64,000 nucleotides of DNA from Pseudomonas aeruginosa PAO1 (GCF_000006765.1 NC_002516.2); one strand, 5' to 3'. Counted from the stretch's first letter, positions 1 through 8,762 are shown. Notes: a model not told the origin generated them from the letters alone. Numbers and translations are program-made.

Positions 1-105
1 GGGCATGGGCTACCTCGCTGCGGGCGTTGGCGCAGGGCGCCGGAGTGGGAGCGAGGCATTCTAACCCCGGTCAGGGGCGGGAAGGGAAACAGGGAGAGGG
101 AGAAC

Positions 106-125
106 GCCGGGCCGTGCGGCCCGGC
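106..125 (-). terminator. GC hairpin downstream of DUF805 gene
   Basis: GCCGGGCCG-TG-CGGCCCGGC perfect 9-bp stem, 10 nt past the stop at 135; pyrimidine tract follows on the minus strand. Confidence 0.5.
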
Positions 126-134
126 GGGAAGGAA

Positions 135-488
135 TCAGGCGATGCCCTTCGGGTTCTGGCCGTACTGGTTCTGGCCGGCGTCGCTGTCCTTGGCCAGCAG
201 GTAGATCAGGTACAGGCCGACGATCGGGATCAGCGCGATCAGCATCCACCAGCCGCTCTTGTTGATGTCGTGCAGACGCCGGGCGGTGACGCCCAGGGCC
301 GGCAGCAGCACGGCGAGCGAGTAGAGATTGGCGATCGGCAGGAGCTTTTCACTGATCAGGCCGAGCACGACGCTCAGCGCGACGGAGATGATGATGTTCA
401 CCAGGGTGAACATCCAGTATTCCTTGCGACGGGCACGCCCGTTGAAGTCGAAGTAGTGTTCCTTCACGCATTTCAGAAACCATTCCAT
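135..488 (-). CDS. DUF805 family inner-membrane protein (PA0563-like), 117 aa
   Basis: Start at MEWFLKCVK (ATG 488, GGAGG upstream); FNGRARRKEYW and RRLHDINKSGWW are DUF805 hallmarks. Confidence 0.9.
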   Translation of the reverse strand: MEWFLKCVKEHYFDFNGRARRKEYWMFTLVNIIISVALSVVLGLISEKLLPIANLYSLAVLLPALGVTARRLHDINKSGWWMLIALIPIVGLYLIYLLAKDSDAGQNQYGQNPKGIA

Positions 489-665
489 GTTTGCCTCCTG
501 GGCGTACTGGTAAAGCGGGAGAGTGGGTGCCGCGACAAGTACCCCCGCGCCTCCTTGCCGGGAAAGCACAGTGTAGCCGTACTGTCAGTGAATTCGTACA
601 GGATGTTGCGAAAATCATTCACATTGCATAGCAGCGGATCGCCGAAATGTGCGCCGGTAGCGCTT

Positions 666-1577
666 TCAGCGAGCGGAGTCGGCCTGGCGGCGGAAACGGC
701 CCGGCGATTCGCCGAAGGCCTGGCGGAAATTGCGGGAAAACGCCGCCTCCGACTGGTAGCCGGTCTCGGCGGCGATATCCAGCAGGCTCTTCTGCGTTTG
801 TCGCAGCAGGCCGCGAGCCTTCTCCATGCGGATGCGGGTCAGCAGGTTCCACGGCGAGGTTCCGCCGAGGGCGGAGAAGGCGCGGACGAAACTGGCCCGC
901 GACATCGCCGCCTGCTGGGCAAGCTGTTCCAGGGTCCAGGCATGCTCCGGGCGTTCCAGCATGGCCCGCAGGGCTCGTCCCAGGCGGGCGTCGCCCAGCA
1001 GGCCGAACAGGCCGTCGCCCAGCGGTTGGCGGTCCAGGTAGGCGCGCAGGGCCAGGGCGAACAGCGCGGTGGCCAGCGCGTCGATGATCGAGCGGGCGCC
1101 GCTGCGGGTGCTCTCGGCTTCCTCGCGCATCAACCCGATCAGCGCGCGCAGGGGCTGCTGGGTCGACTCGTCCATATGCACCAGCAGGCGCTCGGGTAGC
1201 GCGCCGAACAGGCTGGCACCGGCGTGATAGCGGTAGCTGCCGCAAAGCATGTCGAGGGCCTCGCCGGGGCCGTTCAACTGGTACAGCGGGATGCTGCCGC
1301 GGTGCTCTACGGTGGGTTCGCAGGGTTGCGCCGGGCTGTCGCTGCGCAGGAGGTGCGGGGTGCCGCGTGGCAACAGAATCAGGTCGCCGGGATGCAGGTC
1401 GAGGCGACCGCCATCGAGGAATTCGCAATAGCAGGTGCCGGCCATGACGATATGGAAGGTCGCCTCGCCGGGCACCGCTTGCGGGTGCTCCAGCGCCCAG
1501 CTGCCCTGTAGCTGGCAGCGCTGGTCGAGGCGGCCCTGCAGGTTGGCGAGCTGGATGAGCCGGTCGAGTGGGTCCAT
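666..1577 (-). CDS. rcsR: AraC-family regulator with N-terminal cupin (RclR-like; PA0564)
   Basis: C-terminal double HTH (WTLEQLAQQAAMSRASF...GYQSEAAFSRNF); divergent from an AhpD gene; symbol recalled from literature. Confidence 0.85.
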   Translation of the reverse strand: MDPLDRLIQLANLQGRLDQRCQLQGSWALEHPQAVPGEATFHIVMAGTCYCEFLDGGRLDLHPGDLILLPRGTPHLLRSDSPAQPCEPTVEHRGSIPLYQLNGPGEALDMLCGSYRYHAGASLFGALPERLLVHMDESTQQPLRALIGLMREEAESTRSGARSIIDALATALFALALRAYLDRQPLGDGLFGLLGDARLGRALRAMLERPEHAWTLEQLAQQAAMSRASFVRAFSALGGTSPWNLLTRIRMEKARGLLRQTQKSLLDIAAETGYQSEAAFSRNFRQAFGESPGRFRRQADSAR

Positions 1578-1694
1578 GGGATGAGCCGATCAGGTCGAAA
1601 GTAGAGACGCATGGGCAGGCGGCGCGGTCCAGACTGGTCGAGACTGGTAACCCGACGCGCCACTCCCGGCGCGACAGCAACGGAGAATATCACC

Positions 1695-2033
1695 ATGCTG
1701 AACAACTGGACCGAGTTCGTCCCCGCCGTGAAAAAAGCCTTCGGTGCCCTGGGCAAGCAACACCCGAAGATGCTCGCCGCCTATGGCGCGCTGGAGGAAG
1801 CCAGCGCCGAGGGCGCCCTGGATGCCAAGACCCGCGAACTGATCTCCATCGCCGTGGCCATTACCACCCGTTGCGACGGTTGCATCGGCGTGCACACCGA
1901 GGCCGCGCTGAAGGCCGGCGCCAGCGAGGCGGAAATCGCCCAGACCCTGGCTACCGCCATCTCCCTGAATGCCGGCGCCGCCTATGTCTATTCGCTGCGC
2001 GCGCTGGAAGCCTACGACCAGTTCAAAAAGTGA
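1695..2033 (+). CDS. rcsA: AhpD/carboxymuconolactone decarboxylase family protein (PA0565), reactive chlorine stress
   Basis: MLNNWTEF start with GGAG RBS; ELISIAVAITTRCDGCIGVH has the AhpD CxxC...H motif. Confidence 0.85.
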   Translation: MLNNWTEFVPAVKKAFGALGKQHPKMLAAYGALEEASAEGALDAKTRELISIAVAITTRCDGCIGVHTEAALKAGASEAEIAQTLATAISLNAGAAYVYSLRALEAYDQFKK

Positions 2034-2538
2034 GGCCGTACAGGCGCTGCAGGTAGAACAGCAACCCCAGCCAGGCCACCAGGGCCAGCCAGCCCAGCCC
2101 CAGCAGGCCCTTGCGCAGCAGCGTCGAGGGCCTGCCATGGAGCAGGTCGACCAGGCTCAGCACGCCGCCGAGCCCCAGCAGGCCGAGCAGCGCCTGGGTG
2201 TACTGGGCGAAACTCGGCGACAACGCCTCGTCGCCGTGGGCGGCATAGTTGTACAGGTTCCAGGCGCAGATCAGCGCCGCCGGCAGCAGCGCCAGCAGCG
2301 CGCCGAGCCAGCGCCCGCGGACATGCAGGAGGAAGCCCGCGAGCAGGCCGACCAGCCCGGTACCCAGCGGTAGCAGCGCCAGGCCCTGGCTGAGGTAGAC
2401 CAGGTCGACGCCGTCGGCGAGCGCCATCGGGGTGACGAAACGGTAGCTGCCGCTGGCGCAGAGCAGCACCGAAAGCAGCAACAGGGCGTAGCCCGGCAGG
2501 TACGGCCAGAAGGCGGGACGCGGGGGCAGGTCGGACAT
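2023..2538 (-). CDS. Hypothetical multi-TM membrane protein (PA0566-like)
   Basis: Start MSDLPPRP at 2538 with AAGGA RBS; four hydrophobic segments; 11-nt convergent overlap with rcsA. Confidence 0.7.
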   Translation of the reverse strand: MSDLPPRPAFWPYLPGYALLLLSVLLCASGSYRFVTPMALADGVDLVYLSQGLALLPLGTGLVGLLAGFLLHVRGRWLGALLALLPAALICAWNLYNYAAHGDEALSPSFAQYTQALLGLLGLGGVLSLVDLLHGRPSTLLRKGLLGLGWLALVAWLGLLFYLQRLYGLTF

Positions 2539-2725
2539 GGATGTTCCTTGCGGGTTGTCCGCTCGCATGAGCGTAGGCTCAAGCGTACCGCTGCGCGTGA
2601 CAGGCGGCGAGTACCGTTGTGGTTGAACCCTCCGCGAATGGCGGGAGTCAGTCATAGGGTGACGCGAAAAAACGCCGGCTCACGCGCCGGACACCGTATC
2701 GACCCTGGACCAAGGAGTTCCGTTC

Positions 2726-2884
2726 ATGGACCTGATCCGCATCCTCATCGCCATCCTCCTGCCGCCGCTGGGCGTGTTCCTGCAAGTCGGCTTCGGCGGC
2801 GCCTTCTGGCTGAACATCCTGCTCACCCTGCTCGGCTACATCCCGGGCATCGTCCACGCGGTGTACATCATCGCCAAGCGTTGA
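2726..2884 (+). CDS. yqaE: YqaE/Pmp3 family small membrane protein, 52 aa (absent from ORF track)
   Basis: Translated by hand: MDLIRILIAILLPPLGVFLQVGFGGAFWLNILLTLLGYIPGIVHAVYIIAKR; AAGGAG RBS; classic LLPPLGV and LLGYIPG motifs. Confidence 0.95.
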   Translation: MDLIRILIAILLPPLGVFLQVGFGGAFWLNILLTLLGYIPGIVHAVYIIAKR

Positions 2885-2893
2885 GGCCCCTGC

Positions 2894-3352
2894 TCAGGCG
2901 TAGTTCCATGGTTCCTTCACGGTGAAGTCCCGCCACGGGTCTTCGCCGTGGAAGGGGCCGACATAGAGCACCTCGCCGCCCCGGACGATCCATTCCATAC
3001 CGTGTTCGCGGTCCCATTCGCAGTTCAGCGACAGGTGGATCACCGCTTCGTCGCCCTGTTCCGGGTCGGGCACGATCAGCTCGCCCGGCTCGATCCGTTC
3101 CAGCACCCCGCGCGCCGGCGCGACTTCCTCCGCAGACTCGCCCAGCCGCTCCAGGCGCGCGGCGCGGTAGCGCAGGCTGGCGGCACAAAGCCGCTCGATC
3201 ACGGCGTCATCCAGTTCGTCGAGGGCTCGGGCGCAGCGCCAGGCGTAGGCGTCGTCGGCCTCGTTCTCGATGAACAGGCTGATGTAGCGCCGGTACAGGC
3301 GCCAATACACTTCGCCCATGTTCGCATCGTCCAGGTTGCGGATCAGTTCCAT
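2894..3352 (-). CDS. Hypothetical acidic protein, DUF6985-like (PA0568-like)
   Basis: 152-aa ORF; C-terminal CEWDREHG.W.VRGGEVLYVG motif; last gene of a tight minus-strand cluster; family name is from recall. Confidence 0.75.
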   Translation of the reverse strand: MELIRNLDDANMGEVYWRLYRRYISLFIENEADDAYAWRCARALDELDDAVIERLCAASLRYRAARLERLGESAEEVAPARGVLERIEPGELIVPDPEQGDEAVIHLSLNCEWDREHGMEWIVRGGEVLYVGPFHGEDPWRDFTVKEPWNYA

Positions 3353-3367
3353 GCGCGGTCTCCCTGT

Positions 3368-3838
3368 TCAGCAGCGTTCGGTGAGGGCGATGCCACGGCC
3401 GTCGCCGAAGCCATCGTGTACGTGCAGCCACAGCGGGATCGGCCAGGCCCAGCCGCCGGCCTTCCACCAGCACTCGGCGAACCAGGCTTGCAGCGTATCG
3501 GCGAGCAGGTCGACGCCGCCGAAGCCGTCGGCGAAATAGGCTTCGTCGAAATCCGGGGCATGTCCCAGGCCGAGCGCCAGGTCCAGCGCCTTGCCGGGAA
3601 ACAGGCGCGGGTCGCTGGCGTCCACCCGGTTGCTGGCGCCATTCAGGTACAACCACGCTTCCGCTGCGTCGCGTCCGTCCTCGCCGAGGAACAGTTGGAT
3701 CTCGCCGTCGCGCAGTCCTTCCTCCAAGGGTTGCCGGAGCAGCTCGCGCAGGCGCTGGATCACGCCCGGCGCGGCGCGTTGCAGGTCGCGGCGGTAGCGC
3801 TCGCGGAATTGTTCGGGGCTGAGGCCGAAAGGAATCAT
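3368..3838 (-). CDS. Hypothetical protein (PA0569-like)
   Basis: 156-aa ORF with GGAG RBS; WFAECWWKAGG...HD motif; 13-15 nt gaps to neighbours. Confidence 0.75.
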   Translation of the reverse strand: MIPFGLSPEQFRERYRRDLQRAAPGVIQRLRELLRQPLEEGLRDGEIQLFLGEDGRDAAEAWLYLNGASNRVDASDPRLFPGKALDLALGLGHAPDFDEAYFADGFGGVDLLADTLQAWFAECWWKAGGWAWPIPLWLHVHDGFGDGRGIALTERC

Positions 3839-3851
3839 GGGCGTTTCTCCG

Positions 3852-4199
3852 TCATTCGGGCAGGCAGGGCCCGGCTTCCAGCCAGGCCTCCAGGCTGGGT
3901 GCCAGGGGTTCGAAGCAGTCCGGCGTCATCGCGCCATGGTCGACCAGGAACAGCGCCTGCCGGTGATCGTCCAGGGCCATCACCACGGCGCGGCCGCCGC
4001 TGTCGTCGCCTATGGCCAGGTAGCCGGGGCAGTAGAGAGAGGTTTCGAAGGCCCGGTTGCGTTCCAGCAACTCGTCGGCGGCGTAGAGCAGCAGGCCCGG
4101 CTCGACGAGGCGGCCGCCGTGCTGCTCCAGAGCGGCGACGAAGGCAGCCGGCAGCGGTCGTCCGAGCCAGGCCTCTAGGGCATCCAATTCAGGCTTCAT
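3852..4199 (-). CDS. SMI1/KNR4 (SUKH) family protein (PA0570-like), 115 aa
   Basis: Start MKPELDALEAWLGRPLPAAF; LP..F...L, YLAIGDDSGG and SL..WL match the SUKH-1 pattern. Confidence 0.85.
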   Translation of the reverse strand: MKPELDALEAWLGRPLPAAFVAALEQHGGRLVEPGLLLYAADELLERNRAFETSLYCPGYLAIGDDSGGRAVVMALDDHRQALFLVDHGAMTPDCFEPLAPSLEAWLEAGPCLPE

Positions 4200-4803
4200 C
4201 GGGCTCGTCCAGGGCGAACAATGCATGGTGGCGGGCATGGGCCAGCAGGCGTTCGCCCAGCGCGTCGGCCAGGGCGTAGAAGCGCGTGTCCAGCGCATCC
4301 AGGGCCGCTTCGCAGTCGCGGTCGGGTTCATCGGCCCAGGTCGGCATGCGCAATTGGCGTTCGGCCTGGGAGACTGGCACCGGACCGTCGCCGAACAGCA
4401 GGGCGGCGGCTCGCTCCAGCAGGGCCAGGGCGTCCTCCGCCTCCAATTCGCGAAGACCCGCGCGCGCCGCCTGGTACTGGTCGCCGGAGGAGTTGCCGAA
4501 GTACTGGTCGAAGCCGCCGTTGTGCACTTCGCCGCTGAGCACGCTCACTGCGTAGTAGCTCCGTTCGGCCGGCGACAGCCCGGCGAATCCCTCGCGGCCA
4601 TCGTAGACGCGATTCACCAGCGCGCTCCAGTACAGCGCCTGCGGACTCGCCAGGTAGCGCCGTCGCTCCGCGTGGAAGCGCTTGCCATCCTCGATGTTCT
4701 GCCGGTAGCCGCCCTTGCAGGGCATGCACAGTCCGTCGTTCCTCGCCGCCGTGGTTGGGAGGATGAGATGGCCGCAGGCGCGGCAGGGAAGGCGGTCGGT
4801 CAT
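4189..4803 (-). CDS. Zn-ribbon plus DUF4375/DMP19-like protein (PA0571-like), 204 aa
   Basis: Start MTDRLPC with AAGGA RBS; CRAC...CMPC N-terminus; GEVHNGGFDQYFGNSSG DUF4375 signature. Confidence 0.8.
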   Translation of the reverse strand: MTDRLPCRACGHLILPTTAARNDGLCMPCKGGYRQNIEDGKRFHAERRRYLASPQALYWSALVNRVYDGREGFAGLSPAERSYYAVSVLSGEVHNGGFDQYFGNSSGDQYQAARAGLRELEAEDALALLERAAALLFGDGPVPVSQAERQLRMPTWADEPDRDCEAALDALDTRFYALADALGERLLAHARHHALFALDEPDEA

Positions 4804-4910
4804 GAGCGGTCCTTGCTGGTGGAAGGGGCTCATTATTGCGCAGGATCGTTCAGCTTGAACGACAGTTTGGCTTGCCAGCCTGGCACGGCATTGCCCGCTG
4901 GCATGGCCGA

Positions 4911-4935
4911 CCCTCTCTCCCTTCGGGGAGAGGGG
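4911..4935. repeat. CCCTCTCTCCC-TTCG-GGGAGAGGGG hairpin (REP-like / terminator after impA)
   Basis: Inverted repeat with a 4-nt TTCG loop, about 60 nt downstream of the impA stop. Confidence 0.55.
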
Positions 4936-4993
4936 CATGAGGACCGGCGCGGAGCGAGAAGCATCACCCCGCGCCAGCCCCCTCAGCTACGAC

Positions 4994-7765
4994 TCACGGA
5001 AACGGCCACGCCGGCGACCCCTGGCTCATGTCCAGAAGCTTCACCGTGCTGTATTCGTTGGTCCGGTTGTTGGCATAGAAGAACGCCGGCTGCTCGGCGA
5101 AACCGTAGGCCGCCACCTGCGCCTGGGCCGCTGCCGAGGTACGGATGCCCCATAGCGCGAAGGTTGGCCGCTGGTCGCGCTGGGTCAGCCAGGACAGGCC
5201 GAGCAACAGGTTGTCGTTGCCGTCCGTGCTGCTGGCATCGCCGCTGTTTCCCGGGCGCTGGGCGTAGGTGCCGTAGCCGAGAGCGGCCTTGTTGGCGTCC
5301 CAGTCGGACTTGTCCACCTGGCGCTGGTGCAGGTAGAGCAGGGTCCAGATGTCCCAACCCTGCAGCGGATCGTTCTTCAGGTCGGCCCAGTAGTGCACCC
5401 ACTGGGTATAGAAGGCCATCCGCTCGCCGTTCAGCGCGTAGGTGCCCGGGTCTTCCCACAGGCGCTTGTATACGCCTGCCAGCGGATCGGCCTCGGCGCG
5501 TCCGGCGACGATCAGGTTGTAGGCGTTGCGGTAGTTGACCCGCGTATCGTCGAGGTTCTGCCCGAACTCGCGGAGCACGCGCCAGTCCTTGTGCAACGGG
5601 AATATCTGGTTGGAGATCTCGCCCGAGCGCCCGCCGTAGACCTTCAGTCGATTCACTTGCAGGTTGTGGCCCAGCTCATGGCTTTCGCCCCAGCCACGCG
5701 GGTTCAGGCCCCAGGTCTGGTCGTAGGGGTTGCCGCTGCAACCGCCGCCGCACTGGGCGTACTGGTCGACGTTGATGTGCTGGGTGCCGGGCAGCTTGTG
5801 CAGGGTCTCGCTGTCGCAGTCCCAGCCGCGCGCCGCGCATTCCTGCTGGATTGCCGGAGTCTTCGCCTGGTTGGGAATGGCGAAGCCGGCCAGGGTGTAG
5901 GCGTCGTCGATGAACACCTCGTTCAACTCACGGATGAAGCGCTGGACGTCGCCGCCATAGTCCTTGTCGATCGAGCCACGGACCTTCTCCACCTTGGCGT
6001 GGACCTCCACCGAGCCGCTGCGGATCTCCAGCCAGTCGGCCTTGTCGGCGTCCAGCGCCTGGATGAAGTCGGCAATCGCCTGGCTGCTGTCCTCGCCCGG
6101 CTGGATGTCGAGGAACGGCTGGCTGGCCGCGCCGGTTACCTTGACGGTTACCGTCTGACCCGGCGTGGCGCCGCTGTAGACCAGTTGCAACAGGCCGCCG
6201 TAGGGCGATACCAGCGCCACCGACTGGTTTGCCTGGAGCTTGATGTCCGGGCTCTTGAGGAAGCGCGGACGGTCATACTGGCGGGTATTCCACAGCCGCG
6301 TCGAGCCGATGCGCTGGGTGTTCAGGCCGACCGCCAGGCTGGCCTGGCCAGCGTCTTCGATGCGGATGCTCAGGCGCTTGCCCGGCGCCGCCATGCGGCC
6401 GATGGCGGTGAAGCCCTGGGCCGACGGCAAGGTGAGGGTCAGGGTTTCCTCCGAGCCCGATACCGGCATCGACTGTTGGCGCTGGCCGGCGTAGCTGCCC
6501 AGTTCCTTCTGCGCCGCGCCGGCTTCGCGCACGTAGCCGACGATGGCGTCGGCGACGAAGGTTTCCTGGAAGCGCGCCGTGTCGGCGGCCTTGTCCATCG
6601 GGTAGCGGATGTTCTGCCGCACCGCGTCGGCCCACAGCAGCCAGAGCCGCAGCGAGGTGGTGCCGGGCAGGGCGAAGAGGTTCTGCGCCTTCTGGTTGTA
6701 GGCGTCGAGGGCGCCTTTCAATACATCGACGCGCTTGCTGAAGTCGCTCAGTCCCGGCACGTCGTCGCAGGTGGTGCGACCGACGTAGGAGGTGCATTTC
6801 GACCAGTCGTAGTCCGTGCGCCAGCTACCGTCGACGATCTGCTGCACCAGCGCCGGGTCCTGGCCATAGGCGCCGCCCAGCTCGACCGAACGCGTCCGGG
6901 TGCGGCTGGATGGCACCCTGTCCTTGTCCCAGTAGTTACCGCCGTAGGGGCCTTCCTGCAGGCCCAGGCCGGCGAGGATCTGCTGGCCGGTGCTGCTCTG
7001 GTTCCAGCCATTGGTGTGCACGAAGAGGATCGGCAGCCCGGCCTGTAGCCGTGCGCGCACCGTGGCGCTCAGGCTAGCGGCGCTGGCGCCGTTGCCCAGT
7101 ACCAGCAATTTGCTGGTGCTGGCGCAACTGGCGTCGGTCAGCGCGTTGCAGGCGGCGTCCGCCGGTTGCAGGCCGGCGCTCTTCAGGCCGTTGAGGGCGG
7201 CGGTCTTGTCCACCCCGACCACGCTGACCTTGAAGTCCTTCGCAGTGGCCGCGCCCGGGTCGCCGTTCACCAGCCACTGCACCGCCCGCTTCAGCAACGG
7301 CGCGTGGGCGGCATTGGTCCCGCTCAACTGGGTGAGCACGTTGGTGCCATAGGCCAGCCCGCGGCCGCCGGCCTCCAGGCTCAGGCTGGCGAGCACGCGC
7401 CCCTTGTCGCCGATGAGGAAGGGCAGGGTATTGTCCGGGTTGGCCGGCAGGACCCACATGCTGGCGGCGCCAGGATCATAGGCTTGGCTGAGGTTCTGGT
7501 AGAGACCGTCGAGCAACTGGGTGCGGGTCTGGCGGATGCGCTCGACCTGCTGCTGCAGGCGCAGGGCGACCAGGTGGCTGTCGGTCAGTTGCGAGGAATC
7601 CCCGCTGACCAGTGCCGCATCGAGGATTTCTTCCTGGGTGGCAGCCTGGGCGGACAGCGCGCCAGCCAGGCAGAAACCGGCCAGCAACGCTCGGTGGCGA
7701 GGGATGGGTGAGCGACTCATGTTCTCTCCTTGCAGTGAGGGAAATGCAGTGGTGGACAGGCTCAC
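4994..7765 (-). CDS. impA: IMPa immunomodulating metalloprotease (M60-like/M88, PA0572)
   Basis: 923-aa ORF, signal peptide (ALLAGFCLAGALSAQA), gluzincin GWGESHELGHNLQ...E motif; true start may be ATG 7720. Confidence 0.92.
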   Translation of the reverse strand: MSLSTTAFPSLQGENMSRSPIPRHRALLAGFCLAGALSAQAATQEEILDAALVSGDSSQLTDSHLVALRLQQQVERIRQTRTQLLDGLYQNLSQAYDPGAASMWVLPANPDNTLPFLIGDKGRVLASLSLEAGGRGLAYGTNVLTQLSGTNAAHAPLLKRAVQWLVNGDPGAATAKDFKVSVVGVDKTAALNGLKSAGLQPADAACNALTDASCASTSKLLVLGNGASAASLSATVRARLQAGLPILFVHTNGWNQSSTGQQILAGLGLQEGPYGGNYWDKDRVPSSRTRTRSVELGGAYGQDPALVQQIVDGSWRTDYDWSKCTSYVGRTTCDDVPGLSDFSKRVDVLKGALDAYNQKAQNLFALPGTTSLRLWLLWADAVRQNIRYPMDKAADTARFQETFVADAIVGYVREAGAAQKELGSYAGQRQQSMPVSGSEETLTLTLPSAQGFTAIGRMAAPGKRLSIRIEDAGQASLAVGLNTQRIGSTRLWNTRQYDRPRFLKSPDIKLQANQSVALVSPYGGLLQLVYSGATPGQTVTVKVTGAASQPFLDIQPGEDSSQAIADFIQALDADKADWLEIRSGSVEVHAKVEKVRGSIDKDYGGDVQRFIRELNEVFIDDAYTLAGFAIPNQAKTPAIQQECAARGWDCDSETLHKLPGTQHINVDQYAQCGGGCSGNPYDQTWGLNPRGWGESHELGHNLQVNRLKVYGGRSGEISNQIFPLHKDWRVLREFGQNLDDTRVNYRNAYNLIVAGRAEADPLAGVYKRLWEDPGTYALNGERMAFYTQWVHYWADLKNDPLQGWDIWTLLYLHQRQVDKSDWDANKAALGYGTYAQRPGNSGDASSTDGNDNLLLGLSWLTQRDQRPTFALWGIRTSAAAQAQVAAYGFAEQPAFFYANNRTNEYSTVKLLDMSQGSPAWPFP

Positions 7766-8334
7766 AACTGGCGCTATCGGCCCGTGGAGGGCGGCATATT
7801 GTTATGGGTGCGCCGGGTATCGCGTCGAACAGGGAATGGGCCTCGGACAATGCCGGAAATACGCATGGGCGATCCGCTGCATCGAACGAGTCAAGGCGAG
7901 AGGAGCATGTTGGGAAAGGCGGAAAAACTATCTGTTCTGGTTGTTTTTGAACTGCGTCTGATTATTTTGATTTTATTTTTACCGATTGTTCGAAGCGCTC
8001 TGGAATAGGCGCTCCAGCGTTTCCTGTGACGAAACGATCCAGACTTTGGTTAGGGGCTTGGAAAATACCGAGGATGTACTTCCAGAGCTGTCGATGGAGT
8101 TGGAAGTTGCAGTTTCATGAAGGTTTAGGTACTTCGAAGTTACCGCGTTGGCGATGGAATCGATATCGTCCGGTAGTGCCTTCGGAAGTGCCTGATAAGT
8201 GCCTTCCCACGCTCAGGCGGCGAACAGAGCCGCCACGTCCATCGGATTCCGCTCCGCCAGCGCCAGTTCGCCTTCGCCGAAACTTGCGCTGCTGCCGCCG
8301 ACACCCTGCGATTGATCGCGCAGTGGCGGGCGAT

Positions 8335-8670
8335 TCATGCCAAAGCCTGTGACCTGCAGCACGGCTCGCCGATGCAACGGTAGAGACCTATCGGCAGGTG
8401 CTGGAAACCTGCCGTTTCCAGCACGAAGATGCCGTAGGGTGAGAGAAATACGTGGTCGATCTGTGTCGTGCCGTCCGGCGTGTTCAGGGTGACGTTGTGC
8501 AGGCGGCGGTAGGTGTGCCTGTCCAGTTGCCAATGGGCGAACAGGCGCACCAGCAGTTCACCGATCTGCCCCTTGGCCCAAGGCGATTTGAGCAGGCCGA
8601 TCAGCAGGGCTGCCGGGATAAACCAGGTCAGCATGCCCCAGACCTGGGCGACTATCGGGCTGTAATCCAC
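8335..8670 (-). pseudogene. Truncated NERD-domain protein (PA0573-like)
   Basis: N-terminal TM, KG..GE, LHNVTL, TTQIDHVFLSPYGIFVLET; homology stops at ET, where the catalytic K and the rest of the domain should follow. Confidence 0.75.
8398..8424. repeat. Perfect 11-bp inverted repeat at the NERD truncation point
   Basis: GTGCTGGAAAC-CTGCC-GTTTCCAGCAC. Confidence 0.85.
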
Positions 8671-8762
8671 TTTCTTCCTTGAGCCGAGCTGCTTAATGGA
8701 GAGGCGACCATTGTCCTATGGCGCGATGACGCATCAAGGACTGGTGAGCCCGGTGCAGGCGC

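Noticed and set aside
1-20. Minus-strand ATG at 6-4 with GAGG upstream, probably the start of the neighbouring gene
   Set aside because: Only two codons lie in the window, so no product can be supported
27-1199. 390-aa plus-strand ORF
   Set aside because: Antisense shadow of the DUF805 gene and rcsR; no recognisable domain
8026-8352. 108-aa plus-strand ORF in the island remnant
   Set aside because: Arg/Pro-rich composition with no RBS; protein-like fragments lie in other frames
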